Below are positions 57,988 through 64,000 of a stretch of 64,000 bases of DNA, one piece after another (positions within the stretch are counted from its first letter, which is position 1; the number at the start of each line of letters is the position of its first letter). Under the pieces are notes generated by a model that was not told where the DNA came from, searched no databases, and saw only the letters and a program-made list of their open reading frames with translations. The stretch lies in NCBI GenBank assembly GCA_963828465.1, contig CAWHEU010000026.1:32001-96000 (forward strand), given 5' to 3'. The DNA comes from an uncultured Acidobacteriota bacterium (GTDB lineage: Bacteria; Actinomycetota; Acidimicrobiia; Spongiisociales; ZC4RG35). Position numbers and translations under genes: made by a program.

Positions 57988-58443
57988 AGCAGTTCCTTTT
58001 CCTAGGGGTGCCTTCGGATGTGATGACCGCCTCGGAAGGTGCGAACGAGCGAACCTACGTCCAAGGATGGCGGAGTCGACAGTTCGCGAAAAGATTCTCA
58101 AACCCAGTTATGCACAAAGCCGGATACCAACGGAGCGATTGCGATAAAAAGCCCAGGTCAGATGGACTTTCCCCCTCCATCGCGATTTGCAAGGCGGGTC
58201 AAATCACAGTGGCGCTGGTGGGGGGAGAGGCGGACCTGTCCGCGTCGAGGCCCATGTCGGGCGTCAGGGCGAGGCCCTCCCTCTGATGGGTTGACCCTGC
58301 GTTTGTCGCTCGCATTGGCAACGTTACTTGCGACGACTTCAACGTGTCAGGCCCGCCCATACCACGGGACTAACCAGACCCCGAAGTGACTTTGCAAGTT
58401 CATTTGACAACGAATGACCTAAAACGCCTGGTCAGAGAGTTTC

Positions 58444-58485
58444 GCGCTCCCGGCAGGATTCGAACCTGCGCACCCGGCTCCGGAG
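58444..58485 (-). mobile_element. tRNA-Arg(CCG) 3'-half fragment, att-site-like remnant
   Basis: Minus strand CTCCGGA-GCCGG-GTGC-GCAGG-TTCGAAT-CCTGC-CGGGAGCGC; no D-arm or 5' half. Confidence 0.75.
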
Positions 58486-58664
58486 AGAGGTCACGGTCAG
58501 CCGCTATCAGAATCGGTAAAAGCCCTGGTCAGAGGGATTTCTGGTCGCTCTATGGTTTGATTCGACCGGGTGCGTTTGGTTTGGGGATGGCTGGCCTCTC
58601 AAAGTGCGAGCTCTGAATCGAGAAGACTCACACCTGGTTTAGGAAACCTGCTTGGTCGGATGGT

Positions 58665-59150
58665 CTAGTGGAGGTCGATTCGGATCTGGACGTTGTCTTG
58701 GGCTGCCTTGGCGATGTCGCCGGGGTTTGGGTGGCGGTTCTCGTCGAGCTTCACACGGAAGAAGCGGGCGTCTCCTGGGTTGTGCCGTAGGTAGACGTCC
58801 AAGCCTGCGGCGATCTCCTCGGTGTCGGTGCACACATCGGCGACCCCGGTCAAAGTCTGACCTTTCACCACGACGGTCACCGGAGCACCACCGTGAAGAT
58901 TCCGCCACCAGGAGAAGGGTGAGTAGCAGAACACTGTTTGTCCTTGCTGCATGTAGCCGACGGGGAAGTTGTAGGTCTGTCCTGTTTGTTTGCCCTTGAA
59001 CTGGAGCATCATGAGCGTCTTGCTGCCGATCCCCCTGTTCAAGAACAGTCGCATGACGGGATTGATCGCCCAACGTGTGAGGAAATTGAATACTGGCCCG
59101 GCGAGCGTGCGCATCGAGGAGGTTGGTGTCGACTGGTTAGGTGAGGTCAT
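58665..59150 (-). CDS. Deazaflavin (F420)-dependent nitroreductase-like protein (DUF385/Ddn fold)
   Basis: NPVMR...L.FKGKQTG..Y..PV.Y...WWRNL. Confidence 0.75.
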   Translation of the reverse strand: MTSPNQSTPTSSMRTLAGPVFNFLTRWAINPVMRLFLNRGIGSKTLMMLQFKGKQTGQTYNFPVGYMQQGQTVFCYSPFSWWRNLHGGAPVTVVVKGQTLTGVADVCTDTEEIAAGLDVYLRHNPGDARFFRVKLDENRHPNPGDIAKAAQDNVQIRIDLH

Positions 59151-59175
59151 TCGGCCTCCGGAGTGCAGTGCGTGG

Positions 59176-59207
59176 TACTCAGATTATAACTAGATATACT
59201 ATGAGTA
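59176..59207. promoter_or_regulatory. 32-bp inverted repeat, probable PadR operator
   Basis: TACTCA-gat-TATA-a-CTAG-a-TATA-cta-TGAGTA between divergent genes. Confidence 0.7.
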
Positions 59208-59848
59208 TGTCAAGCTCAGCAGGTCGCCAGACACCGAAGCGGTCCTCACTCGGGTTGATGGTGCTCTGGCAGCTGATCGGTGAACCGATGCACACCTATC
59301 GCATGCAGAAACTGATCGAGGCCCAGGGAAAGCACCGTGTGGTGAATGTGCGCTCACCGGCGAGCCTGTATCAGACGATCAAGCGCCTGGAACATCATGG
59401 GCTGATTGAGGTCAAGGAGACGATCCGCGGCAGCAGCCAACCCGACCGGACGGTGTACACCATCACCGAATCCGGTCGAGACACAGCACGTGAATGGTTG
59501 CGAGAGATGCTGGTTGAAACCCGAGGCGACTATCCGGAGTTCATCGCTGCCGTATCGATCCTTTTCGTTATGTCGCCGGCAGAGGCACGAGAACTGCTCG
59601 AGGAGCGGGCGGAGCGAGTGGCGGCCGATCTCGCCGAGGCTGAAGTCGAGCTCGCTGCCAATCCGGGGCTTCCCGGGCTGTTCCTCTTAGACGAGGAGTA
59701 TCGGCGCGCCGTGCTACAAGCCGAGTTGTCGTGGCTGCGAGGCGTCTCCGCCCAGATACGAGGTGGCCGGCTCACTTGGGACGAGGACTGGATCCGGGAA
59801 GTGGGCGCCAACTTCAATCCGACCAACGAAGATGAGGCCCGTCGGTAA
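59201..59848 (+). CDS. PadR family transcriptional regulator
   Basis: EPMHTY.M, ASLYQTIKRL...GLI, PDRTVYTITESGR; start 59201 or 59207. Confidence 0.9.
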   Translation: MSMSSSAGRQTPKRSSLGLMVLWQLIGEPMHTYRMQKLIEAQGKHRVVNVRSPASLYQTIKRLEHHGLIEVKETIRGSSQPDRTVYTITESGRDTAREWLREMLVETRGDYPEFIAAVSILFVMSPAEARELLEERAERVAADLAEAEVELAANPGLPGLFLLDEEYRRAVLQAELSWLRGVSAQIRGGRLTWDEDWIREVGANFNPTNEDEARR

Positions 59849-59864
59849 AACGAAAACGAGAGAA

Positions 59865-59917
59865 TGCGCCCCCGGCTGGATTCGAACCTGCGACACCCGG
59901 TTTAAGAAACCTGCTCT
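59865..59917 (-). mobile_element. Decayed tRNA 3' fragment (most like tRNA-Arg CCT, now reading CTT), att-site-like remnant
   Basis: Minus strand AGAGCA-GGTTTCTTAAACCGGGTGTCGCAGGTTCGAATCCAGCCGGGGGCGCA; T-stem mismatch, 5' acceptor strand missing. Confidence 0.7.
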
Positions 59918-59973
59918 GTATTAGGACCTCTGAACACCCGAAAACGCCAATAAACATAGGGTTTGCGCGCTCT

Positions 59974-60887
59974 CTAGGTTTGGCTCGTTCCGGTGCTCAG
60001 TTCCTTTTGATCCTGAGTGGCCGTGGCGGTCCAGCCAAGGCGGCCCTTGGTGAAGTGCCGCGATGAGGATGGCGGGGATGATCGGGACTGCCAGGAGGAT
60101 GAGGAACTCGATGTCTTCTCCAACGGGCAGGAAGGCCTCATGGAACTGGCTCTGGGTGGTGGCGTTGTAGGAAGCATGAAAGAGCCCGACGATGAGCAGG
60201 CTGCGATGGGTGTTGTTATAGAACCAGGCCACGATGACTCGGCTGGCCAGTTGAGGGATGAAGAGGACACCGAGGAGAACAAGGCCATCGACCACAGATT
60301 CCGTTTCGACGATGAATCCGGGAATGTGGAACAGGGCGAACGGGACCGCGACGATGGCGGCGGCTCGGAGCGGCGTGAAGCGGCCTTGGAGTCTGTCGAA
60401 GAGGAACCCGGTCCACCCCACCTCTTCGGCAAAATTGGAGAGCAGGAAGGCAAAGGCCAGGCTCGGGAGGATGGAAGTGAAGAATCTCGGCCAGTTCTCC
60501 GCCACCGCGGATCGCCGGAGCTGTGCCGCCCGAGGCGATGGCGAGCACCAGGGTAAGGACTGTCGGTCCCAACGAGGCAAGCAGGTACCAGCCGATCCCA
60601 ACCCTCCAGCGCAGGCACCGTTGGACAAGGTCCCGTACCCCGCCTTTGCCGTGTACGGCCGAGGTGACGATGAAGGCCGGGACTGCGCTACCAAGGATGT
60701 GCGCGAGCAGGTCGTAGGGAGCGTGCCCATAGGGCAGCAGGTCTCGTCGGGTCAAGGCTGAGGACAGTGCGGCTGTCACGTTGACCGTGTAGACCATGAT
60801 CAGGAACGCGGCGACAGGGTGGCGTCCAATCCACCGCCAAAGCGGCGAGTACCAGGCGGCGCTCGGTTGAAGGGCGTCTTGGGACAT
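59974..60887 (-). pseudogene. CPBP/CAAX intramembrane protease, with frameshifts at about 60515 and 60053
   Basis: RHPVAAF...LRWRVG..WY; AEEVGWTGF, FHIP, LFHASYN; ends TKGRLG. Confidence 0.75.
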
Positions 60888-60970
60888 CTCAGTCCTCACG
60901 CTTCAAGCGACCAGAGGTCGGACGCTACTCGCGCATAGGAGGAGCGGGTCCTTGCGAGCTGGCGGCCCTA

Positions 60971-60998
60971 TCAACTTTTTCGCAAGATCGGCCGATGG
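60971..60998 (+). promoter_or_regulatory. Sigma28 (FliA/WhiG)-like promoter candidate TCAAC-N15-GCCGATGG
   Basis: GCCGAT -10 lies 6 nt before ATG 61005. Confidence 0.5.
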
Positions 60999-61004
60999 TC
61001 TTGC

Positions 61005-62354
61005 ATGTCTACCTGGCGCGCTAGCCGGTCGGCCCATCTCAATGGGGTATCGGCCACGGCCGATGCGCTGTCGCACGCGGCCTTATCGCCTCCGAAGGTC
61101 GAGGTCGGCGGTTGGCTGGAGAACTGGACGAACAGGGTCTCCGATCTGGCACGTCTCAGAGAGGCTCATCCCATGGTCGATGCGGTCATTGACGAGGTCG
61201 ATGTCAGGCGGATCCGGGTGGGAGACCAATGGCTTGCCGATTTTGCCTCATGCAACTACCTCGGGTTGGACTGGAACCCGGAGGTGATCGAAGCAATACC
61301 TGGCTATTTACGTCGTTGGGGTACACACCCCAGTTGGTCTCGGCTGCTGGGGAGCCCGATCATCTACGAGGAGATCGAAGAGCGGCTGACGAAGCTGTTG
61401 GCATGTGATGACGTCCTCCTCTTGCCGACGATCACCCACATCCACATGTCAGTGATCCCTCTATTGGCCGCCTCGGGAGTGGTCTTTCTCGATCAGCGGG
61501 CGCACAAGACCATCTTCGATGGATGCAGTGTCGCCCGGGGCAATGGAGCCACCATCCATCGCTTTCGACACAACGATTATGAGCACCTGGAACAGCTTTT
61601 GAAGTCAGACAAGCGTTCTCCGCGTGTCATAGCTACCGATGGTGTCAACTCGATGACCGGGAATGCGCCAGACACCCATGAACTGGCCCGCTTGGCCAGA
61701 GAGTACGACGCTTTGCTCTACATCGACGACGCCCACGGCTTTGGCATCGTCGGTCATCGGCATCCCAATGAGCTGAGCCATTACGGAATGTCGGGTGACG
61801 GTCTGATCCGACATCAGGGTGAGAGCTACGACAACGTCGTGTTCGTTGCGGGGATGTCCAAGGCGTATTCATCGCTCCTTGCTTTCCTCGCTCTCCCCAC
61901 CCCGCTCAAGAACCTGCTCAAAGTGGCGGCGCCGCCCTACCTTTTCTCAGGACCGTCGCCGATCGCAACCCTCGCCACGGCGGCGGTCGGGCTCGAGGTC
62001 AACGAACGGCAGGGCGACCAATTTCGCTATGAAATCTGGCGGAAGACCAGATCGATCCTCGATTGCCTCGATGACCTGGGCATCTATACACCCAACACAT
62101 CGGGGTTCCCCATCATCGAGATTCCACTGGCCCGTCATGAGGATATCGACGAGGTGGGCCGCTTTCTGTTTCACCAAGGTATCTATGTGACCCTCGCCGC
62201 ATACCCGCTCGTTCCCAAACATGAGGTCGGGTTCAGGATCCAGGTCACCAGCGCCAACGATGACGACCAGATCGATCGGTTGTGCGAGGTCATCGTGGAG
62301 CTGGCCAGACGTTTTGCCTTTCAGGAACCAGACACGACCAGGCAAGTGAGCTGA
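61005..62354 (+). CDS. PLP-dependent alpha-oxoamine synthase (AONS/CqsA/LqsA family)
   Basis: DFASCNYLG, DQRAHKTIFDG, FRHND, DGVNSMTG, IDDAHGFG, GMSKAY (PLP Lys). Confidence 0.88.
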   Translation: MSTWRASRSAHLNGVSATADALSHAALSPPKVEVGGWLENWTNRVSDLARLREAHPMVDAVIDEVDVRRIRVGDQWLADFASCNYLGLDWNPEVIEAIPGYLRRWGTHPSWSRLLGSPIIYEEIEERLTKLLACDDVLLLPTITHIHMSVIPLLAASGVVFLDQRAHKTIFDGCSVARGNGATIHRFRHNDYEHLEQLLKSDKRSPRVIATDGVNSMTGNAPDTHELARLAREYDALLYIDDAHGFGIVGHRHPNELSHYGMSGDGLIRHQGESYDNVVFVAGMSKAYSSLLAFLALPTPLKNLLKVAAPPYLFSGPSPIATLATAAVGLEVNERQGDQFRYEIWRKTRSILDCLDDLGIYTPNTSGFPIIEIPLARHEDIDEVGRFLFHQGIYVTLAAYPLVPKHEVGFRIQVTSANDDDQIDRLCEVIVELARRFAFQEPDTTRQVS

Positions 62355-62357
62355 ATC

Positions 62358-64000
62358 ATGGCCACCGGCGAGCTAAGGAGACTTCTCGGCACACCGGAGC
62401 CCGTGTCGCTGAGCTTTGTCCGCTCCAGGGAGTCAGGGTGGAAGATCTACTTCCTGGTCGGCTCCGTGGTGCTGGCCGGATTCCTCGTGATTCCATCATT
62501 GCGGGTTGGGCCCTTGTTCAACGTGATCGCCCTATCCGGTGCGCTCGCCATCATCTTCACGCTCAGGCGGCACCGTCCTGAGCAACGCATCCCCTGGCTT
62601 TTGGTTGCGGTAGGCCAAATCGTCTTCGTGGGTGGGGACATCATCACCTACAACTACGAGCGGTTCTTCGGTGGGGAGCCACCTTTCCCCTCGTTAGGAG
62701 ACCTCTTCTATCTGACTGTGTATCCGTTCCTGGTGGCAGGGATTCTCCTGATGATTCGCCGCCGCAGCCCGGGTCGAGATCGGGCGAGCCTGATCGACTC
62801 ACTGATCATCGGGTTCGGCGTAGGCACACTGTCGTGGGTCTTCCTCATCGCCCCATACCTCTATGACCCGACTCTGACTGTGTATCAGAAAGTGGTGGCC
62901 ATGGCCTATCCAGTCATGGACCTGGTCCTCCTCACCGTCGCCGTCCGTCTCGGCATGGGGGCAGGCAAACGATCGGCTGGCTTCTACTTGATGATGGGCT
63001 CGATCGGAGTCCTATTCATCACCGATGTCATATACGGCTGGATCGTTCTGCACGGGGGCTACGACAACTCCACAGGATACCTGGAAGCGGGTTGGGGTTT
63101 GTTCTACCTCCTGCTGGGAGCGTCGGCTCTGCACCTGACAACACCGTTGATCGAGACCCCCGAGCCCGAGTACGAGCCAACTCAGCCGCGCCTCAGGGTC
63201 CTGCTTCTGGCGTGCGCCGCCTTGATGGCTCCAGCGGTGAACATTGTTCAGTCCTTGCGCGGGGAGGCCGTTGACGTCCCGATTGTCTCGGCAGCCGGGG
63301 CTCTGATGTTCATCTTTGTGCTGGTGCGCCTCAACGGTCTTATGGTGGACATAACCCAATATCGAAGGACCGCCCGGGCGCTCACCGAGGCCGAGGCGAA
63401 GTATCGATCACTGGTGGAAGGGCTGCCCGCCGTCGTGTATGTCGCCGACTTCGGCGAGCAGGGTGATTTCACCTACGTCAGCCCGCAGATCGAGTCCGTG
63501 CTGGGTTTCAGGCCAGACGAGTTTCAGACAGCAGCGTTTTGGAAGGATCGCATCGTCCCAGAGGACAGGGCGCGTGCCGTAGACGCCGAACTGCGCCTGG
63601 CAGCTGGCAATAGCCGGCTCGAGGTCGAGTACCGGATCCTCGGAAAGGATGGCCGGGAGGTCTGGATACGAGAGGACGCTGATGCAGTCCGTGACGAAAA
63701 TGGCATTCCCCTTTATCTGCAAGGGGTGATGTACGACGTCACCGAGCAGAAGACCATCGAACAGAAATTGGTCAAAGCCCTCGAGACCGAGAAAGAGACC
63801 AACCGAATTCGCTCCGAGTTCGTTCTGATGATCAACCACGAGCTTCGCACCCCACTCACGAGCGTCGTGTCCGGCGCCGAGGTGATTGCCGACCTCGATC
63901 TGCCCGAGGACGACCGACAGATGATCATCGCGGACATGCTGCGGGACGGTAGACGACTGGATGGGCTGATCTCCCAGATGTTGACGGTCGCCCGCATAGA
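62358..64000 (+). CDS. Polytopic membrane sensor histidine kinase (about 10 TM + PAS + HisKA), 3' truncated by window
   Basis: Not in the ORF track because there is no stop. My translation: PFPSLGDLFYL, AYPVMDL, PAS YRSLVE.LP...YVSP...EYRI...W...DVTEQK, NHELRTPLT with His codon at 63837 in frame. Confidence 0.9.
   Translation, partial: MATGELRRLLGTPEPVSLSFVRSRESGWKIYFLVGSVVLAGFLVIPSLRVGPLFNVIALSGALAIIFTLRRHRPEQRIPWLLVAVGQIVFVGGDIITYNYERFFGGEPPFPSLGDLFYLTVYPFLVAGILLMIRRRSPGRDRASLIDSLIIGFGVGTLSWVFLIAPYLYDPTLTVYQKVVAMAYPVMDLVLLTVAVRLGMGAGKRSAGFYLMMGSIGVLFITDVIYGWIVLHGGYDNSTGYLEAGWGLFYLLLGASALHLTTPLIETPEPEYEPTQPRLRVLLLACAALMAPAVNIVQSLRGEAVDVPIVSAAGALMFIFVLVRLNGLMVDITQYRRTARALTEAEAKYRSLVEGLPAVVYVADFGEQGDFTYVSPQIESVLGFRPDEFQTAAFWKDRIVPEDRARAVDAELRLAAGNSRLEVEYRILGKDGREVWIREDADAVRDENGIPLYLQGVMYDVTEQKTIEQKLVKALETEKETNRIRSEFVLMINHELRTPLTSVVSGAEVIADLDLPEDDRQMIIADMLRDGRRLDGLISQMLTVARI

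Noticed and set aside
58186-58197. TTTGCAAGGCGG as a tRNA-Ala(TGC) anticodon remnant
   Set aside because: Only 12 bp with no T-arm following; could be chance.
59865-59917. Functional tRNA-Lys(CTT)
   Set aside because: No 5' acceptor strand or complete D-arm, shortened anticodon stem and a T-stem mismatch; treated as an att-like relic.
61005-62354. Calling this gene bioF (biotin synthesis)
   Set aside because: No other bio genes nearby, motifs are divergent, and it is tightly coupled to a sensor kinase; family-level call only.

Overview
High-GC actinobacterial chromosome segment. Evidence for the phylum: WhiB1, DUF3107, DUF222-HNH with an actinobacterial SOS box, tRNA-Gln-glmU-prs, and many leaderless genes. 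Acidimicrobiia-like is my guess, not demonstrated. There are three parts. (1) About 1-39,400 is a large catabolic island of unknown substrate: 3 ACMSD-like amidohydrolases, 4 Gfo/Idh/MocA oxidoreductases, 2 M24-fold proteins, a CoA-transferase and crotonase, an orphan Mo-hydroxylase large subunit, a PEP-utilising enzyme, a DRE-TIM enzyme, an aldolase, MFS/DMT/ABC/TRAP transport and 2 GntR regulators. A recurring 21-bp operator links its promoters. (2) About 39,500-50,650 is core genome: tRNA-Gln, glmU, prs, whiB1 with a CRP box, NHEJ ku/ligase and phosphate-scavenging genes. (3) About 50,650-64,000 is a plasticity zone of small unrelated cassettes separated by att-like debris (two tRNA-Arg 3' fragments and a repeated AAAAnnCCWGGTCAGA motif). 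It ends in an AONS/CqsA-family PLP enzyme tightly coupled to a polytopic PAS histidine kinase behind a sigma28-like promoter, which is my best candidate for an undescribed autoinducer synthase/receptor system. Several genes carry single-base frameshifts that may be assembly errors. All product calls come from motif recognition by eye; no searches were run.
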